From positions 9,238,001 to 9,302,000 of the forward strand of contig OZ024745.1 in the NCBI GenBank assembly GCA_964016885.1: a DNA stretch of 64,000 bases. The letters run 5' to 3'. The translations under genes were made by a program, and so were the position numbers. Origin of the DNA: Eledone cirrhosa. Lineage: Eukaryota. Below are positions 1 through 13,430 of this stretch, piece by piece. Under the pieces are notes generated by a model. The model made no database searches and was not told the DNA's origin. It saw only the letters and a list, made by a program, of their open reading frames with translations. The stretch's first letter is position 1, and every line of letters begins with the position of its first letter.

Positions 1-158
1 GTTACTTTCCTGAACGTTGAAATGGAGAAAGTAATGTATTTGTATATGTAAAATCTAACGTTCTGGAGCTTCCCTGTCGTCTCAGAGTGAGGAAAAGAGA
101 GAAAGTATTGTCACTAGAGCTGTCTGTGAGGGCCAGGCAATAGTGTGAAAGTGTCAGA

Positions 159-629
159 TATCTGGGGTGCGGTGTGAACGAGGGAGGGTGGTGGTATGTA
201 TCTGGAGTGCGATGTGAACGAGGGAGGGTGGTGGTATGTATCTGGGGTGCGATGTGAACGAGGGAGGGTGGTGGTATGTATCTGGGGTGCGATGTGAACG
301 AGGGAGGGTGGTGGTATGTATCTGGGCTGCGGTGTGAACGAGGGAGGGTGGTGGTATGTATCTGGGCTGCGGTGTGAACGAGGGAGGGTGGTGGTATATA
401 TCTGGGCTATGGTGTGAACGAGGGAGGGTGGTGGTATATATCTGGGCTATGGTGTGAACGAGGGAGGGTGGTGGTATATATCTGGGCTATGGTGTGAACA
501 GGGAGGGTGGTGGTATATATCTGGGCTATGGTGTGAACGAGGGAGGGTGGTGGTATATATCTGGGCTATGGTGTGAACGAGGGAGGGTGGGGGTATATAT
601 CTGGGCTGCGGTGTGAACGAGGGAGGGTG
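159..629. repeat. 40-bp G-rich minisatellite, about 12 copies
   Basis: Tandem unit TATCTGGG(G/C)T(G/A)(C/T)GGTGTGAACGAGGGAGGGTGGTGGTAT(G/A) is read directly from the sequence. Confidence 0.95.
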
Positions 630-2892
630 CTGTCAAATAAAAGTCGGGGCCTAAACAAAACAAGTTCAAGTAAAAAGAGGAACATATTCTCTTGGGGAAA
701 ACGTAATTCGCATTAACAATCAGTTTGGATCAATAACATTTTGCATATATCTATGTGCAACTAATGAAAACAATTCATATATAACATTTTATACTAGAAA
801 ATATCATTAAGAAATAAACGAAAGTGTATGTAACAGTTTTGTGTATTTTTAAAAGGCTAAAATAATTCCCAGTGTAATTCCCGACACGATTTCAGATGAA
901 GTCACCAAACAAGTATAAATCCAAAATACACACAAAACAACGAGGAACTAAAAAATTAACACTAAATCTAACAACAAAAAAACGTTGATTTAAGTGGGTT
1001 TATGATATAGTTAAAAAAAATTAATTAATTAAATATTGCTTTCGTAGTGGTATATATATATATATACATTTAATATAGAAATGGCTTCTACAGGTCTAGA
1101 ACTGTTTCATTCATATGAAATCAGGAATGCGCATTTCAATATTAAATTGTTTTCACTCTAACCCCGATTTCATTCGGGATCTACTTATATATATATATAT
1201 ATATATAGGTGTGGGTGGGTTAATTAATTACAACAGTGACATATACAGGTACTTAAGTTTCGTTAGGTTATACACCCCAACTCATTCAGCTTGTTATATA
1301 AAAAGAAATATATATTTAACCTAAATACCAGTTTTTCTTGCATAAAAAGTTAACATTGGGAGTATTTGATGTTAGTTTTTAAATGTGCAGTTAGTTCCGA
1401 CTGTAGGTTTATTACTGTGCTATAACTTGTACTTATTAGTGATATTTTCTCTCAAAACAGTTTTTAAAAACATAATCATACCGAAACCATATATACTCTG
1501 TAATATATATCTTGTAATAAATAACTATCTCTGCCGACTTCGATAGTTAGTTGTGGTCCACAACTTGTGGCTGGTAAAAGTGTCCCATGAAAGTATTTAT
1601 GCATGACTGTAGTATGTCAGATAGGAAGAAACAAGAAAATCCCGGAAATAATGTTTAAATACATTTTACTTACTCATAACCAGTAAAAATAATGATTCAC
1701 ACTCCAAGTCATGTGATAATATTGATTTACAGGGAAAAACCAGAAGTGGAAATAACTTTCTGAAACTACCGGCTTACGAATTAAATATGACTTCAAGGAC
1801 TGAGGTGTATCACTTCTAAATCTTTGAATTATGAGAGAAATTAAACAAGCACCGGTAATTTATGTATTCTTCTAGAATTTAATTAAAATAACCAAAGGTA
1901 TAATTTTTTTTTTTTAAGAGAAAATAATAAGCATTCAATAGAAATACTATTAGAAATATATAAATTGGGAGGAAGAGGAGGGCGGGAAACCAACAATATA
2001 ATAACAAGTATCAACTACTGTAAAAAGTTTTCCATAACAATTGACATTAAAAGGGGTGTGGCAGGTATTTATTAAAGTATACAGATTTAGTCTTAACCAA
2101 ATATATATTAACATACACTGACAACTGTCAACAACTGAATAAATTCTAGTTTTTAAAAAAATGTTTGTTTCTTCTTGTTTGTTAAGGTAGTGACTCCATA
2201 TTCCACAAGTTGGTCCCTTCTAAATTTAGGAGTAAGAGGGACATATCAACATTGCCATAACTCTATATATAGGTCCCATTTCTATTTTAATGTTATTGCT
2301 GCGAGACTAAAACGATTTAGTTTCTTTTGTTTCTCATATAACATTACAACAGTCGACTTGGTCTTCATTCTTCCAACATCGATATCATAAATACCAGTAA
2401 TATACCAGATCAATTCAGTAAACTATAGCCAAGATATACAATCACTTAAAACTTTCCCAAATTACAAATAAATTATTACACTACAGACAACAAAGAAAAA
2501 AAATGACAATTAAAAAATATATATGATGCCATTAAAGATTGATGATAGTTATAAATTAAAAAATATAGACTATAGAAATAAATAAAAACAATTTTATTAA
2601 GTAATAACTAAAAAATAATATTAATAATAACAATAATTCTGCCCTGAAATATTCCATGTTTATAAAATTGAAACTTTCTAACAAATAACAGACTTGTTTT
2701 CAAGTTACAATGTTTAAGGGGATAATTTGGAGCCTGTTTTTTCAACATTGGTAAATTCCTGTCATTTAAAGTTAATTGTTTCTAATATTTGTTGTTGTTT
2801 TCTTTCTTTCTTTAAGTTTGTAAAGACATTTTAATAATTTAGAGTGAAGATTTATCAAAAGAAAATGTAAATAATGTTCCTAAAACACTTAC

Positions 2893-3430
2893 ATCGGTTG
2901 AGTTAAATGTTGAGAAGTTGCTCCCCAAAATATTATTTTCTTTCAAAATAATATTCCAACTTATTCCAAGAAGTGAGGAATCCTGAGTAATGAAGAGCTT
3001 CTCGGACGAATCTCGGAGAAAGAAATGTTAACTCATTTCAAAAACTGTCTTTCTCAATATCGTAGATTATATTTATGAAATAATAAAAATATATATATAT
3101 TTATTGAAATCTTTATTTCTCGAAGGTTTTTCTCCTTTTTCTGTTGTCATGTAAATATTAAATAAAATACGTATATTTCAGAATTACCACATACTTTCTA
3201 CCGTCGTGAAAAGTTATTCATCATTCACCAATTCGTAACATTTGAAAAATAAATAATAAAAAATGATACAATACTCTAAAAATATATATTTCTTCTTCTC
3301 TTTTATTAGAAACTATTAATATGTTGAAGCCGAATTTTAATTAAAATATATTTCATCACATCTACGGTTTAATGTGACAGTAAGAATTATCTAGCGAAAT
3401 TGATAATTTTCAGCCGCCATCTTGGAAAAT
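2893..3430 (-). promoter_or_regulatory. Candidate TSS region and non-coding first exon of a minus-strand gene
   Basis: YY1-type motif CAAGATGGCGGC at 3413-3424 (minus). Donor GTAAGTG starts at 2892 (minus). Acceptor TTTTTTTTCTTTGTTGTCTGTAG ends at 2481. The sequence is unique and TE-free. No transcript evidence. Confidence 0.45.
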
Positions 3431-3860
3431 TCATTCGAGTATTTCGTCATATATAAAACTGTATTAAGTTCATGTGACACTTTTTTTTTAATATATTGTT
3501 TAAGTTACTTCAAAATTGACATTATATAAATATATAGTGCCTAAAACCCTTGTGCATCACTGGTTAATATAGGAGAGAAATATAAAGCATTCCAAACTGC
3601 AGACAAAAAATATTGCCAAAAAAATAATCTCTTATGTGTTAATAAAGAAAACTAGAAGTCAAAGACTTTTACAGATTGTAACTTATAAATGAAGTACTTA
3701 AGTAGAATGTAATATATCTGAATATTGACAAATAAAGAGTAAAAGTATCAGAAAGTATTTGAAGTACTTCAATCCTATTCCAGCAAACATTGAACATAAA
3801 TAGAGTGGCTATTTCCAAATTTTCCAAACGTAAGACATTACTTGAGTGGTTATAGAGTAC

Positions 3861-4560
3861 CATCATCATCATCACTATTGAATGTCTATTTTCCCTGCTA
3901 GCAAATGTCTGACGTGCCATTACTCAAACAGTGTTACTGATCTCTCAGGTGGGTAGAGGCCTGTATCTCATATATTCTCGTACACATATTGCTTACAAGA
4001 TGTTCTCACACTCTACCAAGTCCATTGTACTGTAGCACCAGCATTAGGGAGGCTGTCGTGTCTTTCACACAACTGAAGACCTCCCCGCCCCAACCGTCTG
4101 TTAGGCAGGTTTTTCTACAACTGAATGCCCTTCCTATCACCAACCAATAAATGCATCCAGTACACTCTGTAAAGTAGTTGATGATAGAAAGAGCATCCAG
4201 CCATAGAAAACTTGTCAAACAAATGTTCAGAATGACTCTTCAGGTGTGTCACTCCCTAGTGTTGGTGATCTATATGACAAATGCACCCAGTACACTCTGT
4301 AAAGTGGTTGGGGGTTAGAAAGGACATCCAGCTGTAGAAAACCTGCCAAACAAAAGGTCAGAAGGGAGCTTCTGTTGTGTTATAGACACGATAACCTCCC
4401 TAATGTTGGTGATTTACACAATAAACGCACCCAGTGCACAGTGTAAAGTGGTTGGAGGATAGGAAGAGCATCCAGCTGTAGCGAACCTGCCAAACAAAGA
4501 GTCATGAAAAACCTCAGTTCTATCACAGACATGAAGACCTCTCTAGTGTTGGTGCCTTAA
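3861..4560. mobile_element. Degenerate RTE-3'-end-derived repeat modules in mixed orientation
   Basis: (CAT)n tail plus repeated module CACCCAGTACACTCTGTAAAGTGGTTGG...GCATCCAGCTGTAGAAAACCTGCC, which matches the 3' UTR of the RTE at 33.4-33.6 kb. Confidence 0.7.
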
Positions 4561-5051
4561 TAAAATATACACAGTAGAGAATCATATGTGAAGCTCGCAG
4601 CCCACCTGAAGGTTGGTGGTGAATATTTTTACATGGAGCCTTTTCTTTAGTTTTCTCACATGTTATACTTTTTTACTATCAATGAGTCACTGCATAGTTT
4701 TTGGTGAAATAAACTAACTGTACTCTGTCATACGTACGTATTGCAATCGCTTGTCAGATCATAGAGTTTGGCGCACTTTTAGGCTATGGCCAGCCACATG
4801 AACCTGTAACCTATCCTGAACAAGCTATGCCTGTGCTTTGATGGGTTTTTTAAGTGGGGACAGGCCTTGCACTCAACCAATCCTACTCTCTGAGCACTGC
4901 AAGCACTACCCAAAAAACGAGAACTAGTCAACATCATTGGATGCTTCCAAAGCCACAAGTTTTTTTTTCAGAATTTCCCTCTCCTAGAAAGGTGTTGTGA
5001 CAACAACTGGGGTCCTTTCACTCCCAGGTGTAAAAAAAAAAAAGAAAAAAA

Positions 5052-5703
5052 ATACAATTTGGATAGCCATTGACTCTGCTGAGTTCCTCCGCCCTTTACC
5101 CGGTCTTATATTTCATCCCACAGGGTGTCCAAATATCACCCTCCTCACCAAGCTAGCTTGGTGGGGTTGCCAATTTAGTCACCGACGACCTGACCATGAG
5201 ACAGGTTGTACTGGGTTACATGTTACCAGTAGCACTCGACAGTGACCTGACATAAACATACATGCATGCATGCTTCATGGCTGCAAACTCTGCTAAGAGT
5301 ATTGCAATCGCTTGTCAGATTCTGATGTGTGACGCTCGGATATGGCTTTTCAAGCTTGCCAGAGACTTGCACTCCTTCGCACATTGACAACAACTATGGA
5401 TCTCCCTGGCCTCAGGTTTTGATTTGGTTGCCTGTGAACCTTCACAATACCGTGGAGATCAGGAGATCATTGCACACTGATTCTTTTTGAACATGGCTGC
5501 GACTGTGGCCCCTGAGACCAGATTTTCTCAAGAAAATCTTTCCACACTTAGGGCACACCAATTCGGTCGTCAGCAACTAAACTGGCAACCCCATCAGGCT
5601 AGCTTGGTGAGGAGGGTAATATTTGGATACCCTGCAGGATAAAATACAAAACCCGGCAAAGGGCGGAGGAACTCAGCAGAATCAACGGCTATCCAAAATA
5701 GTA
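5052..5703. repeat. Diverged inverted repeat (~140-bp arms) of an unclassified interspersed element
   Basis: 5052-5192 (TTTGGATAGCCATTGACTCTGCTGAGTTCCTCCGCCC...) is the reverse complement of 5563-5703 with scattered mismatches. Confidence 0.8.
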
Positions 5704-5754
5704 TGTATACATGCATACATACATGCATACATGCATACATACATACATACATAC

Positions 5755-6105
5755 ATCATGTGTCTAACACACGTGGACATGCCTACAAAGTCAGAAAACA
5801 GCACAGCTCCCATGACTTTCGGAAACATTTTTTCACGCTTAGAGTTGCTGAAGCATGGAACAAACTGCCTGCATCAGTTGTTAGCTGCCGAGACACTGCA
5901 TCCTTTAAAACCCTCATGCTTCCCAAAATTCGCCAAAACTACACCTGATGTCCCCCTCCATACACATGCACACATGTATATCATGACTCATGCTCTGTTC
6001 ATTTTCCTGACATTTGTATATTACCCTATGTACTATACATACACTTTTGATGAGTTGTAGTGCACCTGAGCACTGTACACAATATTTTCATTATTATTAT
6101 TATTA
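5755..6105 (+). mobile_element. CR1-type LINE 3' fragment
   Basis: Encodes HVSNTRGHAYKVRKQHSSHDFRKHFFTLRVAEAWNKLPASVV, typical of a CR1 ORF2 C-terminus. Ends in an (ATT)n tail. Same family as 10270 and 63058. Confidence 0.9.
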
Positions 6106-6432
6106 TCATCACTGTTTTATGTCCATTTTTCCATGCTAGCATGGGTTAGACCCATATATAAATGAAGGGCTTATTTACAGTCTCCAACTACCAAATTCCT
6201 TCACAAAGCATTGTTTAGCCTGAGGCTATTGTAGAAATACTTGCTCAAGGTAGGACATGGTGAGTTGATATTATGTGTCTGATGAAAGAAGAAGAATTGA
6301 CTTTAACATGTTTAATAATAATAAATTACAACTCCATGTGATTGGGGAGACTTCTAACATTCCCTCACCACCCTACTCACAGATATTGAGGTGATGTTGA
6401 TCACTTACAGGAGTGAGCCCAAGGGTTGGAAT

Positions 6433-8225
6433 CAGGGTTAAACTTTCACCTGCTGAGGCCCTAAGCTAGATGAAATTTGAGGCCCTTTTCTAAAAAAATT
6501 TGGCTAAAAAAAATTAAAATAATTATACATGATTATTATCTTTTTATGATGACAAAATTAAATTATATATATCATCATCATCACCATTTTACGTCCATTC
6601 TTCCATGCTAATATCGGTTAGACAAGTTGTGGGCAATGCTAAGACAGGTGGCCATGTCTTGCTCAAACAGAACTGACTCTGGCTTGGTTTCTACAGCTGG
6701 ATTCGCTTCCTAACGCCAACCTAATTTACAGTGTGGGCTGGCTGCTTTTTGTTGTGATACTTACATGATCACTATACAGTGGGAGGGGGTGGGGAATACT
6801 GTTTATATACTTCAGCTTCAGCCTGTGGGAAGTTGGGTCTTCTGTATTACTGCATAACACCAGAGATCTCGGTCCTGTGTCATCGCATTTGAGAGGTGTA
6901 ATTGGGCAAGATCAGCTTTTATCACCTCATCCCAAGTCTTCCCACTCCAAGGCTTCCATTGGCTTTGAGTGCCCTGCACCTTTTTACGCAGCTGTCATCT
7001 TTCATACGCATCACATGTCCATACCAACATAATTTCCTCTCCTGTACACTGCATATGATCCCTCTTGTGCTTAGTTTCTCTCTCAATTCATTTATGCTTT
7101 GCCATTCATGTATATTACTATTACACATCCACCGGAGCATGCAAGCTTTATTTCTTTCCAATCTATGCAAGTCTTCTGCACACAACACCCATGTCTCACT
7201 ACCATGCAACATTGCGGTTCATATGCATGCATCATACAGTCTGCCATTCATTTTGGGGGAAAAGCCTTTTGTAGCTAGCAGTGGTAGTAGCTCCGTGAAC
7301 TTCTTCCATCCCGTTCTTACTCTGGCTACTGTACTTTCAGAACACCTACCTCCACTGCTAATTTGATCACCCAGGTAGCAGAAGCTGTCTACTGTTTCTA
7401 CCGAGCCCTCCCAGAATTTTGTAGTGCTTGTTTTCTGCAATCGTTTGCTGTTTACTCTCCCAGTGCAAATGCTACATGTAAAGCTTACATTCTTAGCTAA
7501 ACTTCCTGAGATCCCACTACATCTCTTGTGTACCCACAGTTTCCATATGGGACAGAGGATGGAGTTTCTACCTACACCTTTCCTACATACTGAGCAAGGC
7601 CATTTCCCCACGGGGATCTGGGTTTTGTTTTCTCTTCTACTTACTAGGACCTTAGTCTTTGTCAGGTTGACTTTGAGACCTCTTCTTTCTAGGCCCTGCT
7701 TCCATGTGCTGGAATTTCTTCTCTAATTCTACCATAGATTCAGCTATGAGTGTAAGATCATCCACATACAGAAGTTTCCATGGGAAGCCGGTCTTAAATT
7801 CCTCTGTTATAACCTGCAATACGACAATAAATAGGAGAGGGTTAAGAACAAAGCCCTGGTGGATGCCAACTTGTACACTAAATTCCTCGCTATAGTCATT
7901 GTTAACCCTAACTTTGCTGACTACTCCCCTATACATGGCTTGTACAGCCTTCACAAGCCACTCATCTACTCCTAGTTTTCTAAGAGCCCACCAGATTATG
8001 GCACGGGGCACTCTGTTGAAAGCTTTCTCCAGATCAACAAATGGCATGTAGAGTGGCTTACTTTTAGCTAGGTACTTTTCCTGTAACTGTCTCACAAGGA
8101 AGATGGTATCAGTGTTGCTTTTGGTACAAATTCAAACTGCATCTCATCTAGGTTTATCCTGTCCCTAATCAATTGTGCTATGACTCTTTCTGTTACTTTC
8201 ATGACTTGGTCCATCAGTTTCATAC

Positions 8226-8260
<35 letters not shown>

Positions 8261-8643
8261 CAGAGAGAGACAGAGAGAGAGAGAGAGAAAATGTCTTCAG
8301 TGCTGAGACCGAGGAGACCACTAATCATGTGAGTACTCAATACATAGGGAGATGTAGAGTGGGTATAGAGATATGTAAAATCCCGATCGCGATACCAAGC
8401 AGTTTTGGCTTGTGTAACACGCAAACCAAAACCACTTGTCACCACAGTTAGGATTTTCTCTCTCTCTCTTTCTCTCTCTCCCTCTCTCTCTCTCTTTCTC
8501 TCTCTCTATATATATATTGATGATTTAGTGTTAAAGAATAAAAACTAATGTTAAAATAGAAATGAATTTTAAAAAATGCGGCCCCCGAGGTTGTGTGGCC
8601 CTAAAGCTATAGTTTATTTAGCTTATAGGTAAGTCCAGCACTG
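6433..8643. mobile_element. Probable hAT-like non-autonomous DNA element carrying nested insertions
   Basis: CAG...CTG termini (CAGGGTTAAACTT / AAGTCCAGCACTG), subterminal GGCCC motifs, imperfect 8-bp flanks GTTGGAAT / TTTTGAAT. Confidence 0.45.
6571..8225 (-). mobile_element. 5'-truncated, frameshifted RTE LINE (RT + PHD-like finger + 3' UTR)
   Basis: ORF pieces with FVDLEKAFNRVPR, LLYVDDL, CSVC...HKRC and LHGSETW. (GAT)n tail at 6571. Confidence 0.95.
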
Positions 8644-8863
8644 TTTTGAATGGCTATTTCAATACATCATCTCCCTCTCTATCTTCCGGGCAATGCTTTC
8701 TGTATTTTGTTCACTGGAGTTCTGTCTGGTTTTGTATCATTAAGATAGTGATGGTACCAGTTGCTGATATTTACGACATCATAAGAAAATGTAATAAATA
8801 TCACAAGAGAAGTTAGAATAATTTTATTAAAATAAACTTATTGATTACAAACTCTCCAGCATT

Positions 8864-8966
8864 GCTGAGGTTGACTTTGCCTTTCATCCTTACGGGGTCG
8901 ATAAAATAAAGTACCAGTAATGCACGGGGAATTGCTGGCCTTGTGCCTAAAGTAGAAACAATTATT
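8864..8966 (+). mobile_element. tRNA-derived SINE fragment (family A)
   Basis: Core GACTTTGCCTTTCATCCTTACGGGGTCGATAAAATAAAGTACCAG and tail GGCCTTGTGCCTAAAGTAGAAACAATTATT, shared with more than 10 copies in the window. Confidence 0.9.
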
Positions 8967-9489
8967 AGTATTCTATTAATGCTGGAGAGTTTGTAATCAA
9001 TAAGTTTATTTTGAATGTATGTGATAGTGGAGTTACTATGTGTGAATGTTTATATTGTTGCTTATATTAATGTCTATAATATGAAGATATTGTGTCATTC
9101 ATCTTGAAATAGGAATGGCAAACAAAGTGAGTGAAGGCATTTAGAACAAAAGAAAATACTTCAGTGTGTCAGAGAAGTCCCAGAGAAGCTTTCTAATGAG
9201 TATTTTAGTTGGTCCAAAAGATGGTTAATTTTAACCAATAGCATAACATATTCAGATCATGTGACATAGCAATTTTATGGTTTACTGCAAGGTTTCTATG
9301 TGTAATAGTGTCCCCCATCTCCAGTTCTGGTGAGCTGATATTTGTGACTACTTTCTGTGTTTGAGGAGAGGCAAATTATAATGTATGTGTGTACTGTTGA
9401 AAGTATATGTATGGGGCTAATAAATAAGTAGCAGTCAAATAAAATATGGAAACTTATACCCACTATAAAGGAAAGGGCAACAGATTTGC

Positions 9490-10050
9490 AGAATCATTAG
9501 AGCATCAAACAAAATACTTTATGGCATTTAATTATGGCCCTTTACATTCTGAATTTAAATTCTGCTATGGTCAACTGTGCTTTTCGTCCTTCTGAGGTCA
9601 ATAAAATAAAGTACCAGTAAACTACTGGTGATCAATTTCACCGCCGCCGCCGCCACCACCACCACCACCACCACCACCACCACCACCACAAATCGATGGC
9701 CTTGTGCCTACTTTTTTTTATCCAAATCAACAAGGTCCTAGACGTCATTCACTCACCAAGAGAGGTGGACCACGGAAACAATGTTTCCATCGGTCTTTTC
9801 AATTGCTAATACTATCTACCCGTTACAACTCCTAAATTAGAAATTGTTATTGGTAGAATCATTAGGGTATTATTTGTTGGATATTTGCTTCAGTTATTCA
9901 TATTCTGAGTTCTAATCCTGTCATGGCCAACATTACCTCCTGGGACAGAGGGGTCAATAAAATAATGTATCAGTCAAATATCAAGAGTAATATAATCAAT
10001 GAACCCCTGTTTCCAAGTTTCTGGCCTTGTACCTATGTTATAAATAATTA
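9490..10050 (+). mobile_element. Two degenerate family A SINE copies with a (CCA)n tract
   Basis: Degenerate core and GGCCTTGT tail near 9570-9710 and 9905-10050. (CCA)n at 9640-9690. Confidence 0.7.
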
Positions 10051-10269
10051 CTATACATAAAGGCAGTAACATTATGGTGCATGCATTTTTAACTCTTCTG
10101 ACACTAAACCCACAGAAACCACTCTTGCTTCTATGATACATAGCTGTATATTTTAAAGTGTTTATATTTATCTAAGAACCTTCAACCCTAAGTTAACCAT
10201 TCTGACACCAAACCCACTGAACACATCCCAATTTGGATTTATCCCCAACTCCAACTGCTGTGATCAACT

Positions 10270-10572
10270 GCCCACAAAGTCAGAAAACAGCACAGTTCCC
10301 ATGACTTTCGGAAACATTTTTTCACGCTCAGAGTTGCTGAAGCATGGAACAAACTACCTGCATCAGTCGTTAGCTGTCGAGACTCTGCATCCTTTAAAAC
10401 CTCCATGCTTCCCAAGATTCGCCAACATTACATCTAATTTTCCCCCTCCACACACATGCACACTGTTCACTTCCCTGACATTTGTATATTATTCTATGTA
10501 CTATACATGCACCTTTGACGAGTTGTAGTGCACCTGAGCACTTTACACAATAATTTCATTATTATTATTATT
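10270..10572 (+). mobile_element. CR1-type LINE 3' fragment
   Basis: Close match to 5785-6105, with an (ATT)n tail. Confidence 0.9.
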
Positions 10573-11012
10573 AAAACTGTATATTTTAAAGTGTTTTATT
10601 TATCTAAGAACCTTCCATTATATTTTATGTAAAAACCATTGTGTAGTTGGGCTCGAAACACCAGTTTAATAATGAGAAAGTCTGATATTTTATCTAGCCT
10701 TTGCAAATTCTTTATTATTTTCAAAATAATTTGAAAACCACAGGTAGTTTCTTTCATTAGATACATGGTAATGAAAAGGTTAAAGATCTTTTTTCTGAAC
10801 TCATATATATGATTACCACTGTTCTGAGTATATCTGAGATAATTTATATTATATCATTTTTTAGTCAGATCCTAAAAAGGAGGAGGAATTAATGTTTTCT
10901 ATGAATTATTACAAGAGGACAAAGTCCTCAAAAGCTGGATTTTTCAGCTTAAAGCTAGATGTCTGACCAGATTATATATTAAACAATTCTCTGAAATTTA
11001 TAGAACTGCTAA

Positions 11013-11345
11013 ACATCATCAGCATTGTTATTTAACATCCATTTTCACTGCTAGAACTTCTGACCTCCAGCTGGGCCAGGAGCCCAACATATGTATATGC
11101 ATTTTATTGTGGCACCAATACTAGGGAAGATGTCATGTCTTTAGTATAGCTGAAAAGTCTTCCTGAATCTTTATTTTGGTAGGTTTTCTACAGGTGGATG
11201 CTCTTCCTATCACCTATACAGAAGGTACTGGGTGCATTTATAATGTAAATCGACAACACAAGGGAGGTTTGGCAAGTTTTCTATGGCTGGATGCTTTTCT
11301 TGTCACCTATCATTTTACAGAGTGTACTGGGTGAGTTTATCATAA
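11013..11345 (-). mobile_element. Degenerate RTE-3'-derived repeat
   Basis: CATCAT tail and GGTTTTCTACAGGTGGATGCTCTTCCTATCACC modules. Confidence 0.6.
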
Positions 11346-11461
11346 TTCAGACATACATAAAGTTTTTATAAAATTATTTTAAACCTATTATTATTTTCAT
11401 TGTGGTGTCTCTCATGGGGGGCATTCTACAATTAACTTTATATCCTGTTTTATGTTCCCTT

Positions 11462-11740
11462 TGGAGGCGTGTCGCCTAGTGGTAAGTATGTTGGACTTAC
11501 GATCATAACATTATGAGTTTGATTTCTCAACTGGGTTGTGTGTTGTGTTCTTGAGCAAACTATTTCATTTCACATTGCTCCAGTATACTCAGCTGAAAAT
11601 GAGTACCAGCAGCAGCTGGGGGTTTAACCCTGCGATGGACTGGCATCCTGTCCAAGGGGGAGACTTCTACTCTCAGCCGCTTAATGCCACAGAAACTAGG
11701 ATAAGCACCATTAATGAGCCTCTGGGCTTGAGACAGACTT
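11462..11740 (+). mobile_element. tRNA-derived SINE (family B; CORE-like and V-like segments)
   Basis: A-box-like GTCGCCTAGTGG, B-box-like GAGTTTGATT, then TGTGTTCTTGAGCAA...GAAAATGAGTACC and CCCTGCGATGGACTGGC. Domain names are from recall, not a database search. Confidence 0.7.
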
Positions 11741-12359
11741 GAGAATTAGAAGATTCAGCTCTCTCTCTGCATTAACAACTTTCTCTGTCTCTTTTCAGCA
11801 CTCACATTCCAATGTAGATGACACTGTAGTTTTCAATAACCTTTCCTACACAGATGTCATTCACTTCACACTGAAGCTAAACATCTCACGACAGACATAC
11901 ACTATTTCTATTAACAGAGACCATGGAATAATTTATGAATGAGACCTGACACCCTAGTCTCATTCAACAGCACTAACAGCAGTAACTAGACACATCAAAG
12001 AAATGCACCTATAACGCTATACTCTTTGGTTTAAAACTCTATTAAAATATTTGCAAATTTTATAAATCATTTCTAACCCCCTTTCATGGCAACTGCACAT
12101 CATTTATATCTCTAAAGCTGAATTTTAAAAAAATTAGTCTTTCTTCCCTTTAAGAAAATCATTTAACTCTTAGCAATTGCTAACCCTCACATATCTGAAC
12201 AAAGCAGCTGTTAAATTATACATATTTTAAATTTCGTCATCATCATTATCATCATCATCATCATAACCACCACCCTCTCCATGTCTGAATACAGTAGATT
12301 TCTTCCAGAGAAGGATTGACAGTGAGAGAAAGGAAGTGAGAAAGAGATATAGAGGAAAA

Positions 12360-12480
12360 TTCAACCCCCAGTACTTGACTGGTACTTTTTTTCATCGACC
12401 TCAAAAGAATGAAAAACAAAGTTGACCTCAGGTGGATTTGAACTCAAGGCATTCTATCCAATGTACTAACGACTCTGACA
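12360..12480 (-). mobile_element. Degenerate family A SINE
   Basis: CTGGTACTTTTTT...AAAGTTGACCTC...GGATTTGAACTCA is the reverse-complement core and B box. Confidence 0.7.
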
Positions 12481-12534
12481 ATTATATCTTGGCTCTAATT
12501 AGGATTCTTATTCACTCTTCACTTTTTATGCAGT

Positions 12535-12617
12535 TCATTCATCATTATCATCACCACCACTACCACAACCACCACGACCACCACCATCATCATCATCATC
12601 AACACCAACATTACCAC

Positions 12618-12655
<38 letters not shown>

Positions 12656-13430
12656 CCACCAACATTACCATCATCATCATCACTACCAACATTACCATCA
12701 TCATCATCACCACCACCAACATTACCATCATCATCATCATCATCACCACCAACATCACCACCACCATCATCATCACCACCAACATCACCATCATCATCAT
12801 CATCACCACCAACATTACCATCATCATCATCACTACCAACATTACCATCATCATCATCACCACCACCAACATTACCATCATCATCATCATCATCACTACC
12901 AACATTACCATCATCATCATCACCACCACCAACATTACCATCATCATCATCATCATCACCACCAACATCACCACCACCATCATCATCACCACCAACATCA
13001 CCATCATCATCCTCACCACCAACATCACCATCATCATCATAATCATCATCACCACCATCATCACCACCAACATCACCATCATCATCATCACCACCATCAT
13101 CACCACCAACATCACCATCATCATCGTCATCACCACTAACATCACCATCATCATCATCACCACCAACATCATCATCATCATCATCATCACCACCAACATC
13201 ATCATCATCATCACCACCAACATCATCATCATCATCACCACCAACATTACCATCATCATCATCACCACCAACATCACCATCATCATCATCATCACCACCA
13301 TCATCACCACCAACATCACCATCATCATCGTCATCACCACCAACACCACCATCATCATCATCATCATCACCACCAACATCACCATCATCATCGTCATCAC
13401 CACCAACATCACCATCATCATCGTCATCAT
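12535..13430. repeat. Compound (CAT/CAC/CAA)n trinucleotide array, probably an expanded RTE tail
   Basis: About 900 bp of CAN triplets with recurring CACCACCAACAT(T/C)AC blocks, abutting an RTE-end remnant (TTTAATGTCCACTTTCCC...GGGTTAAAC) at 13430. Confidence 0.9.
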
